This document shows positions 27,050 to 37,158 of a DNA stretch of 60,929 nt, piece by piece. The position numbers and the translations under genes were made by a program. Source of the DNA: Mycoplasma sp. CAG:472 (lineage in GTDB: Bacteria; Bacillota_I; Bacilli_A; RF39; UBA660); contig FR899426.1 in assembly GCA_000437315.1 (NCBI GenBank), forward strand, positions 1 to 60,929. Reading direction: 5' to 3'. Position 1 is the first letter of the stretch. Each line of letters begins with the position of its first letter. Under the pieces are notes generated by a model. The model was not told the origin of the DNA, ran no database searches, and saw only the letters and a program-made list of their open reading frames with translations.

Positions 27050-27152
27050 TCTAATTTTTCCTTTACCATTTGTTGTACCATCAGAATAATTATATCTTAA
27101 GTATTTATAAATAATATCTTTTTTGATATAATTTTTATAAGTTGGTGAATAA

Positions 27153-27887
27153 ATGAAAAATATAAATTATGAAGCCCTAAAAGGTGATGAACATGTGTGT
27201 AAATCTTGGAGTTTAATGCCATTTAAGATTGATGATAATTATGAGTATATATCTAAAAATATTATATTCAATTTTTTTAGTACGATTATTTTAATACCAA
27301 TTGCAATAATATTATACTTTTTTAATAAAATGTTTTTAGGATTTGAAATCGAAGGTAAAGAAAATAAAATAAAAGATTCTGGCTTTGTATCTGTATCAAA
27401 CCATATTCATTATTTAGATTGCACATTTATTGGACTTATAAACTATCCAAATAGAGTTTACTACCCAACAATTCAAGAAAATTTCAAAATTCCATTTGTT
27501 AGACATTTAATAAAATTATTATGTGCTATTCCAATTCCTAAAGAAAGAAAACATAAAGATAAATTTTATAAACAAATTAATGAAGCGCTAGAAAAAAATA
27601 ATATATTACATATGTACCCTGAAGGCTCTTTATGGCCCTATTATGAAAACATTCGTGATTTTAAATATGGTGCATTTAAAATAGCAGTTGAAGCAAATAA
27701 ACCTATTCAACCTATTCGTTTTGTTTTTGTAAATCCTGATGGCATTCAAAAATTATATAAGAGGAAAAAATGTATACACGCAATTATTCTTCCTGCTATA
27801 TACCCAGATGAAGCATTAGAATATAAAGAAAGAATCGAAGACTTAAAAAATAAAACATATGATGCAATTTGCAAAGGAGGAAATTAA
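27153..27887 (+). CDS. PlsC-family acyltransferase (third paralogue in the window)
   Basis: N-terminal TM; HX4D (SNHIHYLDC); YPEGS. Confidence 0.8.
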   Translation: MKNINYEALKGDEHVCKSWSLMPFKIDDNYEYISKNIIFNFFSTIILIPIAIILYFFNKMFLGFEIEGKENKIKDSGFVSVSNHIHYLDCTFIGLINYPNRVYYPTIQENFKIPFVRHLIKLLCAIPIPKERKHKDKFYKQINEALEKNNILHMYPEGSLWPYYENIRDFKYGAFKIAVEANKPIQPIRFVFVNPDGIQKLYKRKKCIHAIILPAIYPDEALEYKERIEDLKNKTYDAICKGGN

Positions 27888-28979
27888 GTGAAAGTACTAA
27901 TATTATCTTGTTCTACAGGTGGTGGTCATAATTCTTGTGCAAACTACATAAAAGAGGAACTATTATTAAATAATATAGAATGTAATTTTATAGATTTTTT
28001 TGATATTTTTGGAAAGAATGCTAAGAAAATGTCTTCGGATATTTATTTAAAAACTTTAGGTAATAATGGAAAAATATTTAAAAATGTTTATAAGGCTGGA
28101 GAATTTGTTAGCAAAAGTAAACTTCAAAGTCCAGTATATATTTTTAACAAAATGTTTAAGAAAAAACTTTATGAATACATTCAAAAAAATAATTATACTC
28201 TTGTAATTACAACACATTTATTTCCCTCACTTACACTTACTGCCATAAATAATGATAAAAAATATAAACATATTCCCTTTTTATTCGTGGCTACAGATTA
28301 TGAACCTTGTCCTTTTATAGAAGAAGCAAACCCAGAATATTTTATAATGCAAAAGACTTTAGAAAATGCTTTTATACAAAAAGGTATTAGTGAAACAAAT
28401 CTGCTAAATACTGGAATTCCTGTATCGAGTAATTTTATTAAAAATGCTAAATCAATACGTAGGGAATATAACATTTCAGATGATGAAAAAGTAGTCTTAA
28501 TAATGCTTGGTAGTATGGGCTTCGGAGAAATTGATAATATAATTAATCCTTTATTAAAGGAAAACATTAAAATTATAGTAATATGTGGAACTAATAAACA
28601 GTTATATGAAAAATTAAATGAATATAAAAATGATAATCTTATTGTTATAGGTTTTACTAAAAACATTAATGATTTTATATATTCATCAGACTATGTTTTA
28701 TCTAAACCTGGAGGTCTTTCCTCAACTGAAATTGCCTCAATACATAAACCACTTTTACATATATATCCAATTCCAGGTATAGAAACATATAATACTTTAT
28801 TTTTTGAAAATAACAAAATGAGTATAAAGTGTGATACAGATAAAGAAATTATTGATAATATAAAATACCTAATGAATAATGAGGATATTTGTAAAGAAAT
28901 GATTCAAAATCAAAAGAAAATCATAAATGAAAATAGTGCTAGTGATTTAGTAAAATTTATTTTAGACCATTTTAATTAA
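27888..28979 (+). CDS. Glycolipid glycosyltransferase (MGDG synthase / UgtP-like, GT28 family)
   Basis: GTG start abutting the plsC-like stop; N-terminal SCSTGGGHNSCANYIKEEL (GGGH motif of the MGDG_synth family); C-terminal GT-B half (SKPGGLSSTE). Confidence 0.75.
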   Translation: MKVLILSCSTGGGHNSCANYIKEELLLNNIECNFIDFFDIFGKNAKKMSSDIYLKTLGNNGKIFKNVYKAGEFVSKSKLQSPVYIFNKMFKKKLYEYIQKNNYTLVITTHLFPSLTLTAINNDKKYKHIPFLFVATDYEPCPFIEEANPEYFIMQKTLENAFIQKGISETNLLNTGIPVSSNFIKNAKSIRREYNISDDEKVVLIMLGSMGFGEIDNIINPLLKENIKIIVICGTNKQLYEKLNEYKNDNLIVIGFTKNINDFIYSSDYVLSKPGGLSSTEIASIHKPLLHIYPIPGIETYNTLFFENNKMSIKCDTDKEIIDNIKYLMNNEDICKEMIQNQKKIINENSASDLVKFILDHFN

Positions 28980-29012
28980 AAAATGGTTTTTTCATGATAT
29001 AATAACTATATA

Positions 29013-29030
29013 TTTAAGATTTATTTAAGA
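29013..29030 (+). promoter_or_regulatory. Direct repeat TTTAAGA-N4-TTTAAGA (11-bp period) at the -35 position of the RR-HK promoter
   Basis: TTTAAGATTTATTTAAGA. TATAAT at 29040-29045 lies 10 nt downstream. Confidence 0.55.
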
Positions 29031-29062
29031 TAAAAAATATATAATTTATTAGGTGGTGAAGG

Positions 29063-29755
29063 ATGAATATATTAATAATTGAGGATGAATTTAATTTAGC
29101 AGATGCAATCAAATCAATGCTAAAAAAAGAAAATTATATTATTAAAATATGTACAAATGGAACAGAGGGTGAGGATGAAGCCCTAAGTGGCATTTATGAT
29201 CTTATACTTCTTGATGTAATGCTTCCAGGTAAAAATGGTTTTGAAATACTAAAAAGTATTCGAAAAGAAAATATAAATTCAAAAGTAATAATGCTTACTG
29301 CTAAAGCAAATATTGATGATAAAATGGAAGGTTTTAATGAAGGTGCAAATGATTATTTAACAAAACCATTTCATATGGATGAACTTTTTGCAAGAATAAA
29401 GCTTCAACTAAGTGATGGTAAAATTAAAAATGAATTAGCTACCTATGGTGATTTATCCCTTGATACTCATAAATTAATATTAGAAAATACAAATACAAAA
29501 GAAACAATTAATATAATTGGTAAAGAATATAATATTTTACTAATCTTATTAAATTCCCATGAAAGTATTATTTCCAAAGAACAATTATTTAGTAAAGTAT
29601 GGGGTTATGATAGTGATTCTGAAATAAATACACTCGAAGCATATATGTCATTTATAAGAAAGAAATTAAAAAATATAAATTCGAAAGTTAAAATTAAAGT
29701 AATTCGAAATATAGGTTATAAATTGGAGTATCAAAATGAAAAAATTAAAATCTAA
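29063..29755 (+). CDS. OmpR/PhoB-family response regulator
   Basis: Receiver domain (DLILLDVMLPG, LTAK) plus a winged-helix output domain (EAYMSFIRKKL...IRNIGYKL). Confidence 0.9.
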   Translation: MNILIIEDEFNLADAIKSMLKKENYIIKICTNGTEGEDEALSGIYDLILLDVMLPGKNGFEILKSIRKENINSKVIMLTAKANIDDKMEGFNEGANDYLTKPFHMDELFARIKLQLSDGKIKNELATYGDLSLDTHKLILENTNTKETINIIGKEYNILLILLNSHESIISKEQLFSKVWGYDSDSEINTLEAYMSFIRKKLKNINSKVKIKVIRNIGYKLEYQNEKIKI

Positions 29756-30908
29756 AGTTTTCTTTACAATATCAACCATTCTAACAATTTTTGTTTTTGC
29801 AGTATTTTTGATATCTAATGCTAGAACATACTCAGAAAAAAAAGAAAATGTTAAAAGTGTATTAGATAAAATGATTGAACTATCTGATAATACTAATAGT
29901 AATAATGTTTTTATGGATTTTACCGTGTATAATATAATTCTTGATGAAAATGGTATGTATAAAGAAACTGTTTCTCATACTTATGAAGATGTAATTGATA
30001 TTGTAAAAATTAAAAATATAGCTAATAAAATAATTAAATATCATCATTCAAAATATTATATTGGAAATCTTTATAATGCAAAATATTCATATGCCTTTAC
30101 TGATAATAATTCACTTATTTTAATGGATAACTCAGAAGTTAAAAATACACTTACAAAAACACTTATAACAACAAGTATAATATTTATATTTTTAGAGTCT
30201 TGTGTAATTTTAACATCATTTATTTTAACAAGTTGGATAACTGAACCAGTAAATGAAAGCTTCGATAAACAAAAAAGATTTATAGCGGATGCCTCACACG
30301 AACTTAAAACGCCACTTACAGTAATTAATGCAAGTGTTGAAGCGTATTATAATGATAAAAATGAGAAATGGATTCACAATATAAAAGAGGAAACCGAAAA
30401 AATGAATAAACTTGTTATAGAACTTTTAGATTTAGCAAAAATTGAGGCAAATAAAAAAATTCTTATGAAAGAGGAAAACTTATCAAAACTTACCGAAAAT
30501 GAAATTTTAACATACGAGAGTTTATTTTATGAAAAAAAGATTAAATTAAAATATAACATTAAAAAAAATATAAAATATACTTGTAATGGTGATTTAATCA
30601 GACAACTTCTTGGAATTCTAATTGATAATAGTATTAAACATACAAATGAAAATGGTAATGTTACTGTTAATTTATATAAATCTAATAAAGATATAATCCT
30701 TGAAGTAAAAAACGATGGCGATGAAATAAAAAAAGAAGATGAACAAAAAATATTTGAAAGATTTTATAAAATAGATGAATCAAGAAATAGAAATGAAAAT
30801 AGATATGGACTAGGTCTTGCAATTGCAAAAGATATAGTTGAAAAGCATAATGCTAAAATAAGTGCAAATTCTAAAAAAGGAATTACTACATTTAAAGTTA
30901 CTTTTTAA
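29736..30908 (+). CDS. Sensor histidine kinase (two TM helices, HisKA + HATPase_c)
   Basis: H-box FIADASHELKTPLT; N-box IDNSIKHT; G2 GLGLAIAKDIV. It overlaps the RR gene by 20 nt. Confidence 0.9.
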   Translation: MKKLKSKVFFTISTILTIFVFAVFLISNARTYSEKKENVKSVLDKMIELSDNTNSNNVFMDFTVYNIILDENGMYKETVSHTYEDVIDIVKIKNIANKIIKYHHSKYYIGNLYNAKYSYAFTDNNSLILMDNSEVKNTLTKTLITTSIIFIFLESCVILTSFILTSWITEPVNESFDKQKRFIADASHELKTPLTVINASVEAYYNDKNEKWIHNIKEETEKMNKLVIELLDLAKIEANKKILMKEENLSKLTENEILTYESLFYEKKIKLKYNIKKNIKYTCNGDLIRQLLGILIDNSIKHTNENGNVTVNLYKSNKDIILEVKNDGDEIKKEDEQKIFERFYKIDESRNRNENRYGLGLAIAKDIVEKHNAKISANSKKGITTFKVTF

Positions 30909-30922
30909 AAAAAGTAATTTTT

Positions 30923-30940
30923 TTTAAGGTTTATTTAAGA
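30923..30940 (+). promoter_or_regulatory. Direct repeat TTTAAGG-N4-TTTAAGA upstream of the htrA-like gene
   Basis: Same 11-bp period and the same 10-nt distance to a -10 box (TATATT, 30950-30955) as at 29013. Confidence 0.55.
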
Positions 30941-30974
30941 ATAAAGCATTATATTTAATTTGTAAGGAGGAAAG

Positions 30975-32063
30975 ATGAAAGATAATAGAAAGACTATTCT
31001 TTATTCTATTAGTACATTTTTTATAGGTATTGTATTATCTTTAGCAGTTATTTATAATTTTCCAAGTATATTTTCAAAAACTATTGTAAAAGAGGAAAAG
31101 AATGTTACTATTACAGATACTGGTCTTAGTGAATCAGTTGAAAAAGTATATAATAAAGTTGCTTTAATTAGTAATTATAGTATGGGTAAATTATCCGCTA
31201 CAGGAAGTGGTTTTATTTATAAAATTGATGGTAATGATACTTATATTGTAACAAATCATCACGTAGTTGATGGTGGAACTACATTTAAAGTAACGTATTC
31301 TGATGAAACTACATTAGATGCTACATTAGTGGGTAGCGATGAATATACTGATATTGCAGTTTTAAAAGTAAAAACAATTAATGGATTAGATGCTGTTGAA
31401 TTAAGTGATAGTAATAACATCAAAGCAGGAGATACAGTATTTGCTTTAGGCTCACCACTTGATAGTGCATATTCATTTACTGTTACAAGAGGTATAATTT
31501 CTGGAAAAGAAAGACTTGTGGAAATAACAAGTAATAACTCAAATATTTTATTAAAGGTAATTCAAACAGATGCAGCTGTTAATTCAGGTAACAGTGGTGG
31601 CCCACTTTGTAATGCTAACGGGCAAGTTATTGGTGTAGTTAATGCTAAACTTTCTGGTTCTGGCATCGAGGGTATTGGTTTTGCTATTCCAATAGACACT
31701 GCTATAGAAAAAGCCGATGAAATAATTGGTGGTAATGAAAAAGAATATCCATATATTGGTGTTTCAATTGCGAGTGTTAGTGATGCAAAAAATGACTTTA
31801 GATATTATAGCTATGTAAAGTCACTAGATATTGAAGAAGGAATATTGGTTCTTGATGTAGAGAAAAATGCACCAGCTTATAATAAGTTAAAAAAAGGTGA
31901 CGTTATAACTAAAATTAATGATAGTGAAACAAAAAGTACCGCTTATTTTAGATACGAACTATATAAATATAACATAAACGATGAAATAACAATAACTTAT
32001 ATACGTGATGGTAAAGTTGAAAGCACAAAAATTAAACTTTCTAAAAAAAATTCAAATATTTAA
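30975..32063 (+). CDS. HtrA/DegP-family membrane-anchored serine protease with PDZ domain
   Basis: N-terminal TM; catalytic triad context TNHHVV, DIAVLKV, GNSGGPL; C-terminal PDZ (GDVITKINDSE). Confidence 0.9.
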   Translation: MKDNRKTILYSISTFFIGIVLSLAVIYNFPSIFSKTIVKEEKNVTITDTGLSESVEKVYNKVALISNYSMGKLSATGSGFIYKIDGNDTYIVTNHHVVDGGTTFKVTYSDETTLDATLVGSDEYTDIAVLKVKTINGLDAVELSDSNNIKAGDTVFALGSPLDSAYSFTVTRGIISGKERLVEITSNNSNILLKVIQTDAAVNSGNSGGPLCNANGQVIGVVNAKLSGSGIEGIGFAIPIDTAIEKADEIIGGNEKEYPYIGVSIASVSDAKNDFRYYSYVKSLDIEEGILVLDVEKNAPAYNKLKKGDVITKINDSETKSTAYFRYELYKYNINDEITITYIRDGKVESTKIKLSKKNSNI

Positions 32064-32075
32064 GTTTCATTTAAG
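32059..32075 (+). promoter_or_regulatory. Third TTTAAG-N5-TTTAAG direct repeat, upstream of the thioredoxin-fold gene
   Basis: TTTAAGTTTCATTTAAG. TATATT at 32084-32089. Confidence 0.5.
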
Positions 32076-32146
32076 GCAAATATTATATTATTAAATTGTG
32101 AAAAAGAAATAAAGTATTTTTCAAATCCATTAAAGGAGGTGGTCAA

Positions 32147-32386
32147 GTGAAAATAAACATTATCGGTGAAAATTCTAGTAATCGTATGAAACTATTAAAA
32201 AATTTAAATAAGGTTACTAAAAACGAAGATATTAATGTAGAAATTAATGTTATCGATGATAAAGAAACATTATCTAAATATAAAGATAAAAATAAACCGA
32301 TACTTATGATTAATGAAAAAATAATAAGTAATGGAAAAATTTTAACCGATAGAGAAATTAGAAATTATATAAAAATCTTTGCGTAA
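32147..32386 (+). CDS. Small thioredoxin-fold (Thioredoxin_3/MTH895-like) protein lacking the CxxC motif
   Basis: 79 aa, GTG start, SD AAGGAGGTGG. The layout M-KI-I-G...(CxxC position reads ENSSNR)...PILMINEKIISNGKILTDREI matches the family. The protein contains no Cys at all. Confidence 0.5.
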   Translation: MKINIIGENSSNRMKLLKNLNKVTKNEDINVEINVIDDKETLSKYKDKNKPILMINEKIISNGKILTDREIRNYIKIFA

Positions 32387-32452
32387 GTAATTAAAATAAT
32401 AAAATCTCACAAACTCAAAAACAAAGGATATAGATAACCCTCTATATCCTTT

Positions 32453-33589
32453 TTAATTGGCTTTTCTTTTAAATCTAGTTACCAAAGTATTTAAAATTAG
32501 AAAAAATATAATAAATACAATCATTATAATAAAGTTTTTTAATACAAACTCATATGATGCTTTATCAAAATTTTGTAATGATGCAATATATTCATTATTA
32601 TCTATAAAATAAAATGTTGGAAAAATGTGGGCAATTTTTAAAGCAAATGAAGGCATATATTTTACAGGTATAAAAGCACCACATAAGAATGCTGAACCAA
32701 GTGATATTACATTTACTACACCACTTATTGCACCTTTACTTTTTACTAGATTTGATATCAAGATTGCCATTGTAAAAGATACTATAAAAAATATAAACAT
32801 ATTTAAACTATATAAAATTCCATTAATATTTAAAATACTACTTTTTAATATTAGAAAACTAAGTATTAAATAAACTATAAAAATTATAAATGTAAATGTG
32901 AATGAAGATATATATAAATAATTATTAAATGTTTTATAATTCATACCACTTATGCTTGTTCTTTTACTAATTTTTTCATCATTAAAACTTGATAAAACTA
33001 AACATATTATATAAATTACAATAGCCATTATTGAATAACTTGAAAAATTATAAAACAAAGAAGTCTTACTATTTAAATTTGTTTTATTTTCAATTACAAC
33101 ACTCGTTTTTTTATTTAAAGTATTATCTAATTTTTGAATGGCTAGTATTTTATCATTATATAAATTCATATATTTTGAAAAAACATCTAAGTATTTATTT
33201 AAAAGTTCACTTGCAATATATGAATCATAAGAATTATTGGTTTTTATATCAATATTAAATTCTTTTCCATTTTCTATTTTATTTTCAAATTCTTTTGGAA
33301 TATAAATTACATAATTTGCATCTCTAAAAAAAACAGCATCATCTATATCATTTTCATCAGTAATATTTTTTACATTAGCATTTGTTTTTAAATATGATAT
33401 TAAATTATCAGTTATTATTCCACTTGAGTTATTAACTATTATAATATCTGGTTTTGAACTTATAAATTCAAAACTATTTTTATTTGCTTTTAAATTCATT
33501 GTTCCAAATACAAGTAACATTACTGTGTATAAAATAATAATTCCAATATTTTTCTTAACAATTTTCCAGTAAGTTTTAAATATTGTCAT
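32453..33589 (-). CDS. ABC-2-type transporter permease
   Basis: N-terminal TM, large extracytoplasmic loop, and 5 C-terminal TM helices. Overlaps the upstream permease gene. Confidence 0.75.
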   Translation of the reverse strand: MTIFKTYWKIVKKNIGIIILYTVMLLVFGTMNLKANKNSFEFISSKPDIIIVNNSSGIITDNLISYLKTNANVKNITDENDIDDAVFFRDANYVIYIPKEFENKIENGKEFNIDIKTNNSYDSYIASELLNKYLDVFSKYMNLYNDKILAIQKLDNTLNKKTSVVIENKTNLNSKTSLFYNFSSYSIMAIVIYIICLVLSSFNDEKISKRTSISGMNYKTFNNYLYISSFTFTFIIFIVYLILSFLILKSSILNINGILYSLNMFIFFIVSFTMAILISNLVKSKGAISGVVNVISLGSAFLCGAFIPVKYMPSFALKIAHIFPTFYFIDNNEYIASLQNFDKASYEFVLKNFIIMIVFIIFFLILNTLVTRFKRKAN

Positions 33590-34661
33590 ACTTTTGCCTC
33601 CTTAAGGAATTCGAAGATATAAGTAGCATTATTATTGTAAAAATAATAAGACTTAATATATTAAAATAATAGCGATTATTAACTCCATAATAGTATAAAG
33701 AATAAAGGCCATCAACAATCATATTACAGGGATTTAAATAATTTATTATTGGCATATTTTTATCAGTTACATATTTCATAGTTATTCCAGTCATTCCTGA
33801 AAAAAATGAAAGTGTCATAGTAATTGCAATTAAAATACCAAATTTATTATTACTATTTGTTTTAATAGTACTTGCAAGAAATGTTCCAAGTGATAGACTT
33901 GCAAGTAATCCAAAAAAAGTAAGAATAAAAACATATAATAAGTTATCTCCATAATCAACTTTTAAAACAAAAATTGTATATAAAAATAATATAAACATTC
34001 CAATTATTTGAACTACAATACTTGCACAAAAACTACTTAATAATAAAGTACCTCTTTTGGCAGGGCTTATATTAATTCTTTTCCCCGAAGTAGAAATATT
34101 AGGTAGTAAATAATTAATCATTGTAAGAGCAATTGCGGCACCATAAAAGGCTGCCATAGCAATAAGTGTGTAATATTCAATCATAGTATAACTAATATTT
34201 TTTCTAGTAACATTTGTTATTTTATAATTAGTTGAAAAAGTATCAGGTAACTTACCATTAAGTAAATACTCTTCATAAATATCCTTATTTATTAAGATAT
34301 CATCCATAATGCTTTTTAAAATAGTTTCTTTCCCTCCATTAGAGTTAACATATAAAATATTGTTATCAATATAACCTATAACTTTTTTATTTTCAAGTAA
34401 TTTTTTAGAGTTTTCTAAATTACTACTTTGAATTTTAATAACATTCTCTTTTTGTAAAACTTTAAATGCACTTATGATATAACTATTATTATTTGGAGTA
34501 ATAGCAACATCAATTTTATTAAAAGTTTCTGTTTTTTCTATATTTGAAAAAGCTAAATTAAAAAGCGTTCCTAAAATTATTGGAAATATAAATGTCCAAA
34601 AAAGTAATCCCTTATTTTTAAATAATATTTTTAAACTATATTTAAAGTTATGTACAAACAT
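33576..34661 (-). CDS. ABC-2-type transporter permease
   Basis: Same architecture as 32453-33589; stop/start overlap with the ATPase gene. Confidence 0.75.
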   Translation of the reverse strand: MFVHNFKYSLKILFKNKGLLFWTFIFPIILGTLFNLAFSNIEKTETFNKIDVAITPNNNSYIISAFKVLQKENVIKIQSSNLENSKKLLENKKVIGYIDNNILYVNSNGGKETILKSIMDDILINKDIYEEYLLNGKLPDTFSTNYKITNVTRKNISYTMIEYYTLIAMAAFYGAAIALTMINYLLPNISTSGKRINISPAKRGTLLLSSFCASIVVQIIGMFILFLYTIFVLKVDYGDNLLYVFILTFFGLLASLSLGTFLASTIKTNSNNKFGILIAITMTLSFFSGMTGITMKYVTDKNMPIINYLNPCNMIVDGLYSLYYYGVNNRYYFNILSLIIFTIIMLLISSNSLRRQKYDNI

Positions 34662-35602
34662 TAGTCTCTTAAATCCTTTCCAGTAAGTTCCAAAAACACA
34701 TCATTTAAACTAGGCCTTTCAGAATATATTTTATTATATGAAATACTATTTTCCTTTAAAAAGCTTGTTAATTTACCTAAATTATCAGTACCTTTTGAAT
34801 AAGTAATTATAAGTAAGTTATCTTTATAAGAAATGTTTCTAATTTGTTTAAATTTTGATAGTTTATCTATATCATTATTAGAAATACTATTTAATTCTAC
34901 AGTTATTTTTTCTTCGATATTAGATAGTTTTTTTAATTCATCAGTTGTGCCACTTGCTATGATTTTACCATTATCAAGAATTATAATTCTATCACAAATA
35001 CTTTCTGCTTCTTCCATATAATGAGTTGTATATATAATTGTTGCTCCATCATTAGATAATTTTTTTATACCTGATAATATATTATTTCGACTTTGGGGAT
35101 CAACGGCAACAGTTGGTTCATCAAGAAATATTATACTAGGTTTATGAGCAATACCACAAGCAATATTAAGCCTTCGAAGTAGTCCTCCGGATAACTGTTT
35201 TGGAAAGTACTTTTTAAAATTATCAAGACCAGTTAACTTAATAGCATCATTAATATATTTTTTTCTTTTTTCTTTATCAGTTATATAAAGTCCACAGAAA
35301 TAATCAATATTATCATAAACAGTAAGTTCTTCGAATACTGCGACTTCTTGAAAAATAACACCTATTTTTTCTTTAATATCATAAGCATCAGTATTCATTT
35401 CTTTACCATATATTTTTATTAAACCTTTATCAAAATTTAATAGTGACAATATTGAATTTATTGTTGTAGTTTTTCCACTTCCATTTGGACCTAAAAGTCC
35501 TAGAATTTCTCCTTTTTTAACATTAAATGTTAAATTATCAACTGCGATTTTGTTTTTATATGATTTAGTTAAATTTTTTACCTCAATTATATTTTCCATC
35601 AA
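34661..35602 (-). CDS. ABC transporter ATP-binding protein
   Basis: Walker A GPNGSGKTT; signature LSGGLLRR; Walker B IIFLDEPT. Confidence 0.95.
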   Translation of the reverse strand: MMENIIEVKNLTKSYKNKIAVDNLTFNVKKGEILGLLGPNGSGKTTTINSILSLLNFDKGLIKIYGKEMNTDAYDIKEKIGVIFQEVAVFEELTVYDNIDYFCGLYITDKEKRKKYINDAIKLTGLDNFKKYFPKQLSGGLLRRLNIACGIAHKPSIIFLDEPTVAVDPQSRNNILSGIKKLSNDGATIIYTTHYMEEAESICDRIIILDNGKIIASGTTDELKKLSNIEEKITVELNSISNNDIDKLSKFKQIRNISYKDNLLIITYSKGTDNLGKLTSFLKENSISYNKIYSERPSLNDVFLELTGKDLRD

Positions 35603-36192
35603 TTTTCCTCCCTAAAAATATATTTGTTATTTGGATTATCTCGAAGAAGCATAAGTGCTTGAAACTCTTGTGAAATAAGTATGTTTATTTGTTCATCTGT
35701 TAAATTAATTTTATCATTTGCAAGAAGCGTTGCAAGACCATGACAAAATGTCCACATCTTAAAATGAAAATCATTTATATCTTCCAAAGATAAATTTGTA
35801 CTTGTTTTAATAAATCCCTTAACTATATTAAAACTAGCATCTGTATCTTGATTAAAAGTATTTAAATCACAATTTTTATTTAAGAATAATACTTGATAAA
35901 AATTTTTTTCTTCCCTGGCAAATTTAATATAATTTAATCCTACTTGTTTATATTTAGGAATCTTATCATTTAAATTATTCAAGATATATGAATAAAAATA
36001 ATCATGAATTTTCTTACATAATTCATTAAAAAGTTCATCTGAATTTTTAAATTGGTAATATATAGGTCTTATTGAACAATTTAAATATTTAGCAAGTTCT
36101 CTATTACTAACCTTAGTTATACCATATTTTCTAGTTATATCAAAACCAGCATTTAAAATATTTTCTTTAGATATTACAACATTTCTTGGCAT
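35599..36192 (-). CDS. TetR/AcrR-family transcriptional regulator
   Basis: N-terminal HTH (ITKVSNRELAKYLNCSIRPIYYQFKN). First gene of the ABC operon. Confidence 0.85.
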   Translation of the reverse strand: MPRNVVISKENILNAGFDITRKYGITKVSNRELAKYLNCSIRPIYYQFKNSDELFNELCKKIHDYFYSYILNNLNDKIPKYKQVGLNYIKFAREEKNFYQVLFLNKNCDLNTFNQDTDASFNIVKGFIKTSTNLSLEDINDFHFKMWTFCHGLATLLANDKINLTDEQINILISQEFQALMLLRDNPNNKYIFREEN

Positions 36193-36218
36193 TTTTTACT
36201 TCCTTTCATTATAAATTG

Positions 36219-36230
36219 TATCACGTGATA
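36219..36230. promoter_or_regulatory. Perfect 12-bp palindrome TATCACGTGATA, a likely TetR operator
   Basis: It lies 27 nt upstream of the tetR start, in the divergent intergenic region. Confidence 0.5.
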
Positions 36231-36285
36231 TTTTATTTGTAAATTATAAATTGACTTTTATATCAAGTTTTAGTAATATAAAGAT

Positions 36286-37152
36286 ATGAAAACAAAAGAT
36301 AAAATTATAGCATTTGCAGTGTTAATCGCAGCGGTTATAAACACATATGAATGTGCAAAAAAAATTAAAAGAGATATTGATAATTGGGCAGAAACCACCA
36401 CTATAGCAAAGAATATTAATGTAGAAAATATTAAAGATAATAATCAAATTAATATTCCCACAAGAAGAATTGATTGTGAATTAATTTCAATGAAAGAGAT
36501 GAGAGAAAGATTGGGTATTCCCGAAGAAGTAAAAGTCCAAGAAATTGAATCAGAAACAAATAAGGAAGAAATTACTCAAGAAGTAAAAGAAAAAGAGCCT
36601 TTAATAATAAGATATGGTTATGTAAAAAATGATACAAATTATAACCATATTGATGGAACATATTACGCAGATATTGAGGCATATCAAAAAGTTGCAATTG
36701 ATTGGGAAACTGATACATTTTATGGGGGAATGCTTGAAAATAATGTATATGCTTTTTTCAATAAAGAAGATATTGAATTAATTCCTGATACCTTTGTTGA
36801 GGTTGATATATCAAGCCAAACAGTTAATTTATATAAAAATAATGAATTAATAATGACCACAAGTGTAACTACTGGATTTGAAAATAAATATGATACAAGA
36901 CTTGGTTATTTCTATATTTATTATAAACAAGCAGATACATATTTAATAGGTCCTGGTTATAAACTACATGTAGATTACTGGGTACCATTTGATGGTGGCA
37001 TAGGATTTCATGATGCATATTGGCGCTATGATTTTGGTGGAGATATATATAAGACAAATGGTAGCCATGGATGTGTAAATATGCAAAATGATGCTGCTAA
37101 AACATTATTTGAGAATGTTGAGGCTAACACTAGAGTACTTGTACATAAATAA
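36286..37152 (+). CDS. L,D-transpeptidase (YkuD domain) with N-terminal membrane anchor
   Basis: C-terminal GFHDAYW...NGSHGCVNM matches the YkuD catalytic His / SxGC motif. Confidence 0.8.
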   Translation: MKTKDKIIAFAVLIAAVINTYECAKKIKRDIDNWAETTTIAKNINVENIKDNNQINIPTRRIDCELISMKEMRERLGIPEEVKVQEIESETNKEEITQEVKEKEPLIIRYGYVKNDTNYNHIDGTYYADIEAYQKVAIDWETDTFYGGMLENNVYAFFNKEDIELIPDTFVEVDISSQTVNLYKNNELIMTTSVTTGFENKYDTRLGYFYIYYKQADTYLIGPGYKLHVDYWVPFDGGIGFHDAYWRYDFGGDIYKTNGSHGCVNMQNDAAKTLFENVEANTRVLVHK

Positions 37153-37158
37153 AAAATA

